Shown here piece after piece: positions 17,901 through 33,258 of a stretch of DNA of 64,000 bases. Positions within the stretch are counted from its first letter, which is position 1. Every line of letters begins with the position of its first letter. Source of the stretch: the human T2T-CHM13v2.0 reference genome, Homo sapiens; NCBI RefSeq assembly GCF_009914755.1, contig NC_060931.1, one strand, 5' to 3'. The notes below the pieces were generated by a model. The model did no database searches and was not told the origin of the DNA. It was given only the letters and a program-made list of their open reading frames with translations. The translations under genes were made by a program, and so were the position numbers.

Positions 17901-20900
17901 ATTCATGATTGGTGCCTTCATCTCACAGAGTTAAATCTTTCTTTTCATTCAGCCGTTTAGAAACACTGTTTTCTCAGAATCTGCAAAGAGATATTTGGAA
18001 GAGTATGGAGGCCAATGGTGAAAAAGGAAATATCTTCAGATAAAAACTAGAAAGAAGCTTAATAAGAAAATGGTTTGGGATGTGCACATTAATCTGAGAG
18101 AGTTAAATCTGTTTTTGTATACAGCAGTTTGGAAACACAGTTTTTGTCTGCTCTTGGAATGGACTTTTGGGAACTCATTGAGGCCAGTGGTGAAAAAGCC
18201 AGTATCCCAGGATAAAAACGAGAAGGAAGTTATCTGAGAAACCAATTCATGATGTGTGCATTCATCTCATAGATTTAAAACTTTCTTTGCATTCAGCAGT
18301 TAGGAAAAACTGTTTATGTCTATTCTGCAAATTTACATTTGGGGGCTCTTTGAAGCCAATGGCAAAAAAGGGAATATGCCAGGACAAAAACTAGAAGGAA
18401 GTTATCTGAAAACTGCTTTGTTGTGTGTGCATTCATCTAGCAGAATTAAACCTTTCTTTTCATTCAGCAGTTTGGAAACAGTGTGTTCTTAGAATCTGAG
18501 AAGAGATATTTGGTAGCACATTCTGGTGGAAAAGGAAATATCTTCAAATAACAACTAGCAGGTAGCTTTCTGAGAAACTGCTTTGCCATGTGTTCACTCA
18601 TCCAACAGACTTAAGCCTCTCTTTGGATTCAGCAGTTTGGTAAAACTTGTTTTGTCCATTCGGCCAATGGACGTTTGGGTGCTCATTGAAGCCAATGGCA
18701 AAAAAGTGAATATCCCAGGATTAAAACTAGAAGGAAGCTATCAGAGAAACTGCTTTGTGATGTGTGCATTCATCTAGCAGAGTTAAACCTTTCTTTTCAT
18801 TCAGCAGTTTGGAAACACTGTTTTTATAGAAACTGCCAAGGATATCTGGGAGCGCATTGAGGCCTACGGCAAAAAAGGAAATATCTTCAGATAAAAACTA
18901 GAAAGAAACTTTCTGAGAAACTGCTTTGTGATGCGTTCATTCCTCTAACAGAGTTAAACCATTCTTTGGATTCAGCAGTTTGGAAATACTGATTTTGTCC
19001 ATTTTGCTAATGAACATTATGGAGCTCCTTGAGGCTGATGGTGAAAAAGGGAATATCCCAGGATAAAAACTAGAAGGAAGTTATCTGAGAAACCTATTCC
19101 TGATGTGTACATTCACCTCACAGAGTTAAGTCTTTCTTTTCATTCAGCAGTTTAGAAACACTGTTTTCTTAGAATCTGCCAACAGACATTTGGAAGACTA
19201 TAGAGGTCAATGGTGAAAAAGGAAATACTTTCAGATAAAAACTGGAAAGAAGCTCTATGAGAAACTGGTCTGGGATGTGTGCATTCACTTCAGAGAGTTA
19301 AATCTGTCTTTGGATTCAGCAGTTTGGAAACACAGTTTTCGTCCATTCATGGAATGCACTTGTGAGAACTTATTGAGGCCAATGATGAAAAAGTGAATAT
19401 CCCAGGATTAAAACTAGAAGAAAGTTATCTGAGAAACTGCTTTGTGAAGTGTGAATTCATCTCACAGAGTTAAACCTGTCTTTTCATTCAGCAGTTTGGA
19501 AACACTGATTTCATAGCATCTCCCTAGAGATATTTGGTAATGTATTGAGGCCCATGGTGAAAAACGAATTATCTTCAGATAAAAACTAGCAAGAAGTTTT
19601 CTGAGAAACTACTTTGTGATGTGTTCACTCATTTCACACAGTTAAACTTTTATTTGGATTCAGCAGTTTGGAAATGCTGTTTTTGTCCATTCTTCAAATG
19701 GACATTTGGGAGCTCATTGAGGCCAATGGCAAAAAAGGAAATATCCCCAGATGAAAACTTGAAGGAAGTTATCTGAGAAACCAATTCTTGATGTGTGCAT
19801 TCATCTCAAAGAGTTAAATCTTCATTTTCGTTCAGCAGTTTAGAAACATTGTTTTCTTAGAATCTGCCAAGAGATATTTGGAAGAGTGTGGAGGCCAATG
19901 GTGAAAAAGTTAATATCTTCAGATACAATGTAGAAAGAAGCTTAATGAGAAACTGCTTTAGGATGTGTGCATTCACCTAAGAGAGTTAAATCTGTATTTG
20001 GATTCAGCAGTTTGGAAACACAGTTTTTGTCCATTTTTGGGATGGACATTTGGGAACTCCTTGAGGCCACTGGTGAAAAAGAGAATATCCCAGGATAAAA
20101 ACTAGAAGGAAGTTATCTGGGAAACCAACTCATGTTGAGTCCATTCATCTCACAGAGGTAAATCTTTCTTTTCATTCAGCAGTTCAGAAACACTGTTTTC
20201 TTAGAATCTGCCAAGAGATATTTGGAGACTATGGAGGTCAATGTTGAAAAATGAAATACTTTCTGATAAAAACTAGAAAGAAGCTTAATGAGAAACTGGT
20301 TTGTGATGAGTGCATTCATCTCAGAGATTCAAACCTGGCTTTGGATTCAGCAGTTTTGACACACAGTTTTTGTCCATTCTTGGAATGGACGTTTGGGAAC
20401 TCATTGAGGCCAATGGTGAAAAATAAAATATCCCAGGATAAAAACTAGAAGGAAGTTATATGAGAAACAAATTCATGATGTCTGTATTCATCTCACAGAG
20501 TTAACCTTTCTTTGCATTCAGCAGTTTGGAAACTCTGATTTCCTAGAATTTGTGAAGAGATATTTTGTAGCACATTGAGGCCTATTTTGAAAAAGGATAT
20601 ATCTTCAGATAAAAACTAGTAAGAAGCTTTCTGAGAAACTGACTTGTGATGTGTGCATTCATCTCAGAGAGTTAAACTTTTATTTGGATTCAGCAGTTTG
20701 GAAACACTGTGTCCTTTCTGCGAATGGACATTTGGGATCTCATTGAGGTCAATTGTGAAAAAGCAAATATCAGAGGATTGAAACCAGAAGGAAGCTATCT
20801 GAGAAACAGCTTTTTGATGTGTGCATTCATCTCAGTGTTAAACCTTCTTTTTCATTCAGCAGTTTGGAATTACTGATTTCTTAGTATCTGCAAAGAGATA

Positions 20901-23900
20901 TTTGGGAGCCCAGTGAGGTCGATGGTGAAAAAGGAAATATCTTTGGATAAAAACTAGCAAGAAACTTTGTGAGAAACTTTGTGATGTGTCTATTCATCAC
21001 ACAGAGATAAACTTTTCCTTGGATTCAGAGTTTCAAAATACTGTTTTTGTCCATTCTGTGAATGAACATTTTGGAGCTCATTGAGGCCAATGGTGAAAAA
21101 GTGAATATCCCATGCTAAAATCTTGAAGGAAGTTGTCTGACAAACCAATTCATGATGTGTGCCTTAATCTCACATAGTTAAATCTTTCTTTTCATTCAGC
21201 CCTTTAGAAACACTGTTTTCTCAGAATCTGTGAAGTGATATTTGGAAGAGTATGGAGGCCAATGGTGAAAAAGGAAATATCTTCAGATAAAAACTAGAAA
21301 GAAGCTTAATGAGAAACTGGTTTGGGATATCTGCATTCATCTGAGAGAGTTAAATCTGTCTTTTTATATGGCAGTTTGAAAACAGTTTTTGTCCATTCTT
21401 GGAATGGACATTTGGGAACTCATTGAGGCCAGTGGTGAAAAAGCCAGTATCCCAGGATAAAAACTAGAAGGAAGTTATCTGAGAAACCAATTCATGGTAT
21501 GCACATTCATCTCACTGAGTTAAACCTTTCTTTTCATTCAGCAGTTTGTAAACACTGATTTCTTAGAATCTGTGAAGAGACATTTTGTAGTGCACTGAGG
21601 CCTATGGTGGAAACGTATATATCTTCAGATAAAAAATAGAAAGAAGGTTTCTGAGAAACTGCTTTGTGTGGAGTTCATTCATCCCATAGAGTGAAACATT
21701 TCTTTGGACTCAGCAGTTTGGAAACACTGTTTCTGTCAATTCTGTGAGTGGATATTTGGGAACTCATTGAGGCCAATCAGGAAAAAGTGAATATCCCAGG
21801 ATAAAAACTAGAAGGAATATATATGAGAAACGGATTTATGATGTGTGCATTCATCTCAGAGAGTTAAACTTATGTTTGGATTCAGCAGTTTGGAAACACT
21901 GTTTGTGTCCATTCTGTGAATGGACGTTTCAGGGGTCATGGAGGCCAATGGTGAAAAAGTGAATATCTGGGGACTAAAACTAGAATGAAGCTATCTGAGA
22001 AACTGCTTTGTGATGTGTGCATTCATCTCACAGAGTTAAAACTTTCTTTTCTTTCAGCAGTATCTAATCACTGATTTCTTAGAATCTGCAAAGAGATATT
22101 TGGTAGTGCCTTGAGGCCCTTGGTGAAAAAGCAAATACCTTCTGATAAAAACTTGGAAGAAGCTTTCTGAGAAACTACTTTGTGATGTGTTCATTCATCT
22201 CACAGAGCTGAACTTTTCCTTGGATTCAGCACTTTCAACATATTGTTTTTGTCCGTTCTGTGAATGGACATTTGGGAGCCCATTGAGGCCAAAGGAGAAA
22301 AAGTGTATATTCCAGGATAAAAACTTGAAGGAAGTTGTCTGAGAAACCGATTCATGATGTGTGCATTCATCTCACAAAGTTAAATCTTTCGTTTCATTCA
22401 TCCCTTTAGAGACACTGTTTTCTTAGAATCTGAGAAGAGATATTTTGAAAACTATGGAGGCCAAGGGTTAAAAAGGAAATACCTTCAGATAAAAACTAGC
22501 AAGAAGATTTCTGGGAAACTACTTTGTGATGTGTTCATTCATCTCACAGAGTTAAACATTTTCTTGGATTCAGCAGTTTGGAAATACTGTTTTTGTCCAA
22601 TCTGCAAATGGACATTTGGGAACTCATTGAGGCCAATGGCAAAAAAGTGAATATCACAAGATAAAAAGTACAAGGAAGTTATAAGAGAAACCAATTCGTG
22701 ATGTGTGTATTCATGTCACTGAGTTAAACCATTCTTTGCATTCAGCAGTTTGGAAACAATGTTTCTGTTGATTCTGTGAATGGATATTTTTAGTTCATTG
22801 TAGCCAATGTCAACTAAGTGAATATCCCAGGGTTACAACTAGAAGAAAATTATCTGAGAAACCGCTTTGTGACGTGTGTTTTCATCTAGCAGAGTTAAAC
22901 CTTTCTTTTCATTCAGCAGTTTTGAAATAGTGTTATCTTGGAATCTGCAAAGGGATATTTGGTAGTGCATTGCAGCCCATGGTGCAAAAGGAAATATCTT
23001 CAGATAAAAATTAACAAGAAGCTTTCTGAGAAACTGCTTTGTGATGTGTTCTTCCATCCAACAGAGTTAAACCTTTCTTTGTATTCAGCAGTTTGGTAAC
23101 ACTGCTGTTGTCCATTCTCGGAATGGACGTTTGGGAGCTCATTGAAGCCAATGGCAAAAAAGTGAATATCCCAGGATTAAAACTAGAAGGAAGCCCTCTG
23201 AGAAAGAGATTCATGATGTGTACATTCGTGACACAGAGCTAAAACTTTCATTTCATTCAGGAGTTTAAAACAATGTTTTTTTAGAATCTGCCAAGAGATA
23301 TTTGGAAGTCTATGGAGGTCAATGGTGAAAAAGGAAATATATTCATATGAAAACTAGGAAAAAGCTTAATGAGAAACTGGTTTGGGATGTGTGCATTCAT
23401 CTCAGAGAGTTAAACCAGTTTTTGGATTCAGCAGTTTGGAAACACAGTTTTTGTCCATTCTTGGAATGGACATTTGGGAACTCATTGAGGTGAAAGGCAA
23501 TAAAGCAAATATGACAGGAAAAAAACTAGAAGGAAGTTATCTGAGAAACCAATTCATGATGTGTGCACTCATCTAACAGAGTTAAACCTTTCTTTTCATT
23601 CAGCAGTTTGGAAACACTGATTTCTTAGAATCTGCCAAGAGATATTTGATAGCGCATTGAGGCATATTTTCATAAAGGATATATCTTCAGATAAAAACTA
23701 GAAAGAAGGTTTCTGAGAAACTGCTTTGTGATGTGTTCATTCATCCCACTGAATTAAACCTTACCCTGTATTCAGCAGTTTGGAAACACTGTTTCTGTTG
23801 ATTCAGTGAATGGACATTTGGGAGCTCATTGAAGCCAATGGGGAATAAGCAAATATCCCAGGGTAAAACTACAAGGAATTTATATGAGAAACCAATTCGT

Positions 23901-26900
23901 GCATTTGTCTCAGAGAGTTAAAACTTTCTTTGGATTCAGTAGTTTGGAAACACTGTTTGTGTGCATTTTGTTATTGGACGTTTGGGAGCTCACTGAGGCC
24001 AATGGCAAAAAAGTGAATATCCCAGGATTAAAACTAGAAGCAAGCTATCTGAGAAACCACCTTGTGATGTCTGCATTCATCTCCCAGAGTTAAACCTTTC
24101 TGTTCATTCAGCAGTTGGGAAACACTGATTTCTTAGAATCTGCAAAGAGACATTTGTAGCTCATTGAGGTCCATGTTGAAGAAAGAAGTATCTTCTGATA
24201 AAAACTAGCAGAAAGCTTTCCGAGAAACTACTTTGTGATGTGTTCATTCATCTTACGGAGTTAAACTTTTCCTTTGATTCAGCTGTTTGGAAATACTGTT
24301 TTTGTCCATTTTGTGAATGGTCATTTGGGAGCTTCTTGAGGCCAATGGCGAAAAAGCAAATATCCCAGGATAACAAATTGAAGGAAGTTATCTGAGAAAT
24401 TGATTCATGATGTCTGCTTTTGTCTCACAGGGTTCAATCTTTCTTTTCATTCAGCAGTGTAAAAACACTGTTTTCTTGGAATCCACCAAGAGATATTTAG
24501 ATATTTGGAAGAGTATGAGGCCAATGGTGAAAAAGGAAATATCTTCAGATAAAAACTATAAAGAAGCTTAATGAGAAACTGGTTTTTAATGTGCACATTT
24601 GCCTCAGAGAGTTAAACCTGGCTTTGCATTCAGCAGTTTGGAAATAGAGTTTTTATCCAATCTCGGAATGAACATTTGTGAACTCATTGAGGCCAATGGC
24701 AAAAAAGTGAATATCCCAGGATAAAAACAAGAAGGAAGTTATCTGAGAAACCAATTCATGATATTTGGGAGCTCATTGAAGCCAATGGCAAAAAAGCGCA
24801 AATATCCCAGGATAAAAAGTAGAAGGAAGTTATTTAAGAAATGGCTTTGTGATGTGTGCATTCATCTACCAGAGTTAAACCTTTTTTTTTCATTCAGCAG
24901 TTGGGAAACAGTGTTTTCTTAGAATCTGCAAAGAGATATTTTTAACACATGCTGGCCCATGGTGAAAAAGGAATATCTTCAGAAAAAAACTAGCAAGAAG
25001 CTTTCTGAGAAACTGCTTTGTGATGTGTTCATTCATCCAATGGGGTTAAGCATTTCCTTGGATTCAGCAGTTTGGTAACACTGTTTTTGTCCATTCTGTG
25101 AATGGAAGTTTTGGATCTTTCTGAAGCCAATGGAGAAAGAGTGAATATCCCAGGATTAAAACTAGAGGGAAGCTATCTGAGAAATCACTTTGTGATGTGT
25201 GCATTAATCTAGCAGAGTTAAACCTTCCTTTTCATTCAGCAGTTGGAAACCAGTTTTTGTAGAAACTGTGAAAGGACATTTGGCAGCACATTGAGGGCCA
25301 TGGTGAAAAAGGAAATATCTTCAGATAAAAATTAGAAAGAAAGTTTCTGAGAAACTGCCTTGTGATGAGTTCATTCATGTCAGAGAGATAAATCTGTCTT
25401 TGGATTCAGCAGTTTGGAAACATAGTTTTTGTCCATTCTTGGAATAGAAATTTGAGAACTCATTGTCAATGGTGAAAAAGTAAATATCCCAGGATAGAAG
25501 GAAGTTATCTGAGAAACCAATTCGTGTTGTTTGCATTCACTATGCAGAGTTAGACCTTTCTTTGCATTCAGCAGTATGGAAACACTGTTTCTGTCTATTC
25601 TGCAAATGGACTTTTGGGAGCTCATTGAAGCCAACATAAAAAAAGTGAATATCCCAGGCTAAAAACTGGAATTGAAGTTATCTCAGAAACTGCTTTGTGA
25701 TGTGTGCATTCATCTCACAGAGTTAAACCTTTCTTTGGATTCAGCAGTTTGGAAATATTGTTTTTGTCTATTTTGTGAATGGACATTTTGGAACTGTTTG
25801 AGGCCAATGGTGAAAAAGTGAATATCTCAAGATAAAAACTAGAAGAATGCTATCTGAGAAACTGATTTGAGATCTCACAGAGTTAAATCTTTCTTTACAT
25901 TCAGCAGTTCAGAAACACGTTTTCTTAGAATCTGCCAAGAGATATTTGGAAGAAAATGGAAGTCAATGGTGAAAAAGGAAATATCTTCTGATAAAAACTA
26001 GAAAGAAGCTTAATGATAAACTGGTTTGGGATGTGTGCATTCATCTCCAAGAGTTAAACCTGTCTTTGAATTCAGTGGTGTGGAACCACAGGGTTTGTCC
26101 ATTCTTGGAATGGACATTTTGGAGCTCATTGAGGCCAATGGCAAAAAAGGAAATATCCCAGGATAAAAACTAGAAGGTAGTTATCTGAGAAACCAGTTCT
26201 TGATATGTGAATTCATCTCACAGAGATAAACCTTTCTTTTCATTCAGCAGTTTAGAAACACTGATTTCTTAATGTCTGCAAAGAGACATTTTGTAGCGCA
26301 TTGAGGCCTATGGTGAAAAAGGACATATCTTCAGATAAGAACTAGAAATAAGCTTTCTGATAAACTGCTTTGTGATATGTTCATTTACCCCACCGACTTA
26401 AAACTTTCTTTGGATTCAAAAGTTTGGAAACACTGTTTCTGCTGATTCTGTGAATGGACTTTTTTGAGCTCACTGAAGCCAATGGGGAAAGAGTGACTAT
26501 TACAGGATAAAAACTAGAAGGAAGTTATGTGAGAAACAGATTTGTGATGTGTGCATTCATCTCAGAGGGTTAAAACTTTCTTTGGATTCAGCAGTTTTGA
26601 AACACTGTTTGTGTCCATTCTGTGAATGGACATTTGAAGCCAATATCAAAAAAGTGAATGTCCCCATATTAAAACTAGAAAGAAGTTATCTGAGAAACCA
26701 CTTTGTGATGTGTGCATTCATCTAGCAGAGTTAAACCTTTCTTTTCATTCAACAGTTTGGAAACACTGATTTCTTAGAATCTGCAAAGGGATATTTGGTA
26801 GCGCCTTGAGTACCATAGTGAGAAAGGAAATATCTTCAGATAAAATCTAGCAAGAAGATATCTGAGAAACTGTTTTGTGATATGTTCATTCATCCACCAG

Positions 26901-29900
26901 AGTTAAGCCTTACTTTGGATTCAGCAGTTTGGTAACGCTGTTTTTGTCCATTCTGCAAATGGAAGTTTTGGAACTCATTGAAGACAATGGTGAAAAACCA
27001 AACATCCCAGGATTAAAACTAGAAGAAAGCTATCTGAGAAACTGCTTTGTGATATTTGCATTCATCTCATAGAGTTAAACCTTTCTTTTCATTCAGCAGT
27101 TTGGAAACACTGTTTTCTTAGAATCTGCAAAAGGATATTTGGCAGTTCATTGTGGTCTATGGTGAAAAAGGAAATATCTTCAGGTAAAAACTAGAAAGAA
27201 GATTTCTGAGAAACTGCTCTGTGATGTGTGCTTTGAGGTCACAGGGTTAAACCTTTATTTGAATTCAGCATTTTAGAAACACTGTTTTTGTGCATTCTAC
27301 AAATGGACATTTGACAGCTCATTGATGACAATGGGGAAAAAGTGAATATCCCAGGGTAAAAACCCAAAGGAAGCTATCTCAGAAACCGCTCTGTGATGTG
27401 TGCATTCATCTCACAGAGTTAAACCTTCTTGTCATTCAGCAGTTTGAAAACACTGTTTTCATAGAATCTGCGAAGGGATATTGTGGGACATATCAATGCC
27501 TATGGTGAAAAAGAAAATATGTTCAAAGAAAAAGTAGAAAGTAGTATTCTGAGAAACTGCTTTGAGATGTGTGTATTCATCTCACAGTCATAAATGTTTC
27601 TTTGGATTTAGTGATTTGGAAATACTGTTTTTGTCGAATCTGCAAAGAGGTAGTTGGGAACTCATTGAGGCCAAAGGTGAAAAAGCAAATATCCTGTGAT
27701 AAAAACTAGAAGGAAGCTATATGAAAAACATCTTGGTTATGTGTGAGTTCATCTTGCAGAGTTAAACCTTTCTTTTTATTCAGCAATTTGGAAACACTGT
27801 ATTTGTAGAGTCTGCAAAGGGACATTTGGGAGCTCATTGAGGCCAAAGGCAAAAAATCGAATGCCCAGGATAAATACTAGAAGGAAACTATATGTGAAAC
27901 TGCTTAGTTATGTGTGCATTCATCTCGCAGAGTTAAACCTTTCTTTTCCTTCAGCAGTTTAGAAACCCTGTTTTGGTGGAATCTGCAATGGGAAATTTCG
28001 GGGCACATTGAGGCCTATGGTGAAAAAGGAAATATCTTTAGATGAAAACTGGAAAAATTCTTTCAGAGAAACTGTTTTGTGATGTGTGCATTCATCTCAC
28101 ACAGAAACCTTTCCTTTGATTTATCAGTTTAGAGGCACTCTTTTTGTCCATTTGCAGAATGGACAATTGGGTGCTCATTGAAACCAATGGCAAAAAACTG
28201 AACATCACAGGATAAAATGTGGAATAAAGATATCTGACAAACTGCTTTGCTATATGTGCATTCATCTCACAGAGTTAAATTGTTTTTTATTCAGCAGGTT
28301 AGAAACACTGTTTTTGTACAACCTGTGAAGGGATATTTGGTAGCTCATTGGGGGCAAAGGCGATAAAGCCAATATCCCAGGATAAAAACTAGAATAAGCT
28401 AGCTAAGAATCCGCTTTGTGATGTGTGTATTCATGTCAGAGAGTTAAAGGTTTCTTTTCATTCAGGCGTTTGGAAACACATTTTGGTAGAATCTGCAAAG
28501 GGATATATGGAGGCACATTGAAGCCTATGGTGAAAAAGGAAATATCTTCATATAAATACTAGAAAGAAGCCTTCTGAGAAATTGCTTTGTGATGTGTGCC
28601 TTCATGTCACAGAGATAAACATTTCTTTGGATACAGCACTTGGGAAACACTGTTTTTGTCCATTCTATGAATGGATATTTGGCAGCTCATTGAGGCCAAT
28701 GGTGAAAAAGTGAATATCCGGGATAAAAACTGGAAGGAACCTCTCTGAGAAACCGCACTGCGATGTGTACATCCATCTCACAGAGTTAAACCTTCGTTTT
28801 CATTCAGCAGTTCTGAAACACTGTTTTTGTAGAATCTGTGAAGAGATACTGGGGGCACATTGAGGCCTATGGTGAAAAAGAAAGTATTTTCAGCAAAAAA
28901 TTAGGAAGAATCTTTCTCAGAAACTGCTTTGTGATGTTTACATTCATCTCACAGAGTTAAACATTTCTTTGGATTCAGCAGTATAGAAACACTGTTTTTG
29001 TAGAATCTGTGAAGGTGTATTTCGGAGCTCATTGAGGACAAAGGCAAAAATCTAATATTCCAGGATAAAAACTAGAATGAAACTATCTGAGAAACCATTT
29101 GATTATCTGTGCATTCATCTTGCAGAGTTAAAATTTCCTTTAAATCAGCAGTTTGGAAACACTGTTTTGTAAAATCTGCGAAGGGGTATTTGTGAGACCA
29201 TTGAGGCCTGTTGTGAAAAATGAAATATGTTCAGATAAAAACTAGAAAGAAGCTTTATGAGAAACTGCTTTGAGATGTGTGCATTTTTCACACAGAGTTA
29301 AACCTTTCTTTTGATTCGACAGTTTAGAAACAATGTTTTTGTCCATTCTGTGAGTGGACATTTGGGAACTCATTGAGGCCAATGGCGAAAAAGTGAATAT
29401 CCCTGGATAAAAACTAGAAGGAAGCTATATGAGACTGCTTTGTTATGTGTGCATTCATCTCACAGAGTTAAACCTTTTTTTTCATTTGGCAGGTTGGAAA
29501 CACTGTATTTTAAAATCTGCAAATAGATATATGGGGACACTTTGAGCCCTATAGTGAGAAAGGAAATATCTTCAGATGAAAACTAGAAGGAAGATTTCTG
29601 AAAAACAGCTTTGAGATGTGTGCATTCCTCTCACAGAGTTAAACCTTTCCTTGTATTCCCCAGTTTGGAAACACTGTTTTTGTAGAACCTGTGAAGGGAT
29701 ATTTGGGAGGTCATTGAGGCCAAAGGTGAAAAAACAAATATTCTAGGATAAAAACAAGAAGGACACTATCTGAGAAAACTCTGTGTGATGTGTGCCTTGA
29801 TCTTCCAAAGTTAAAATTTTCTTAACATTCTGCAGTTTGGAAACACTGTTTTGTTTTTGTAGGATCTGCAAAGGTATATTAGGTTTCTTATTGTGGCCCA

Positions 29901-30124
29901 TGGTGAAAAAGAAATATCTTCAGATAAAAACTGCACAGAAGCTTTCTGAGAAACTGCTTTGTGAAAGGTACACTCATTTCACAGAGATATATGTTTCTTT
30001 GGATTCAGCAGTTTGGAAACACTGTTTCTGTCCATTCTGCAAATGGACATTTGGGAGTTCATTGAGGACAATGGCAAAAAAGTGAATATCCCAAGAAAAA
30101 ACCTAGAAGGAAGTTATCTGAAAC
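8911..30124 (+). repeat. Alpha satellite, diverged dimeric (~342 bp) array, forward orientation
   Basis: Alternating monomers: ...TAGAATCTG..AAAAAGGAAATATCTTCAGATAAAAACTAG and ...TGTCCATTCTGTGAATGGACA..AATATCCCAGGATAAAAACTAGAAGGAAG. Resembles the old dimeric H1H2/SF8-type layer (assignment from memory, not aligned). Confidence 0.96.
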
Positions 30125-31550
30125 ACTCGCTTTTTTACCTTTGGCCTGAATGAGTTTCCAAATGTCCATTCACAGAATGGACAAAAACAGTGTTTCCCAA
30201 CTGATGAATCCAAAGCAGTGTTTATCTCTATGAGATGTATTCACACATCACAAAGAAGTTTCTCAGAGAGATTTTTTCTAGTTTTTATCTGACAATATTT
30301 CCTTTTACCATAGCCCTAAAAGAGCTTTGAAATTTGTCTCCGCATATTCTAAGAAAACAATGTTTCCACAATGCTGAATGAAAAGAAAGGTTTAACTCTG
30401 CTAGATGAATTGATACGTCACAAAGCAGTTTCTCAGATAGCTTCCTTCTAGTTTTTATCCTGGGATATTCACTTTTTCGTCTATGGCCTCAATGAGCTAT
30501 CAAATATCCCTTCGCAGATTCCAACAAAACAGTGTTTACAAACTCCTCAATCTAAAGAAATGTTGAAATCTGTGAGATGAATGCACACATCATAAACCAA
30601 TTTCTCAGAAAGCTTCCTTCTAGTTTTCATCTGAAGTTATTTCCTTTTTCACCATAGGCCTCGAAGTGCTCCTTTATATACCTTCACAGACTCTACCAAA
30701 ACAGTGTTTCCAAACTGCTGCATGAAAAGAAAGTTTTAATTCTGCGAGGTGAATGCACACATGACATAGTGGTTTCTCAGATTGTTTCCTTTTAGTTTTT
30801 ATCCTGGGATATTCACTTTTTACCGGATGGCCTCAATGAGCTCCCAAGTATCCCTTCACACATTCTACAACAACAGGGCTTCCAAACTACTGAATCCAAA
30901 GTAAAGGTTTTACTCTGTGATATGAATGTGCACATCACAAAGAAGTTTCTCAGAAAGCTTGTTTCTAGTTTTCAACTTAAGATATTTCCTTTTTACCATA
31001 AGCCTAAATGCGCTCCCAAATATCCCTTTGCAGTTTCTACAAAAAGAGTGTTTACAACCTGCTCCATGAAAATAAAAGTTTAACTCTGCGAGGTGAATGC
31101 ACACATCAAAAAGTGGTTTCTCAGATAGATTCCTTCTAGTTTTTCTCCAGTGATATTTGCTTTTTTGCCATTGGTGTTAATGAACTAGCAAATGTCCTTT
31201 TACAGAATGGATGAAAACAGTGTTTGCAAACTGCTGATTTCACTGAAAGGATTAACTCTGTTAGGTGAATGCACACATCACAAAGCAGTTTCTCAGAAAG
31301 CTTCTTTCTAGATTTTTTCTGAATATTTTTCCTCTTTCACCATAGGCCTCAATGCAATAGATTTCTTCTACTTTTTATTATGGGATATTCACTTTTTCAC
31401 CTTTGAGCTCAATGACCTCCCAAATGTCGACTTGCAGAATTGACAAAAAGAGTGTTTCCAAACTGCTGAATTCACAGAAAAGTTTAACTCAGTGAGATGA
31501 AGGCACATGTCACAAAGCAGTTTCTCAGAAAACTTCTTTCTAGTTTTTAT
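30125..31550 (-). repeat. Alpha satellite, dimeric, reverse orientation (left part of inverted block)
   Basis: Orientation flips at TATCTGAAAC|ACTCGCTTTTTTACC. Confidence 0.95.

Positions 31551-33258
<1,708 letters not shown>

Noticed and set aside
8911-30124. CRISPR-like repeat/spacer appearance with palindromic cores
   Set aside because: There are no unique spacers; the entire unit is repeated alpha satellite in a primate context with no cas genes.
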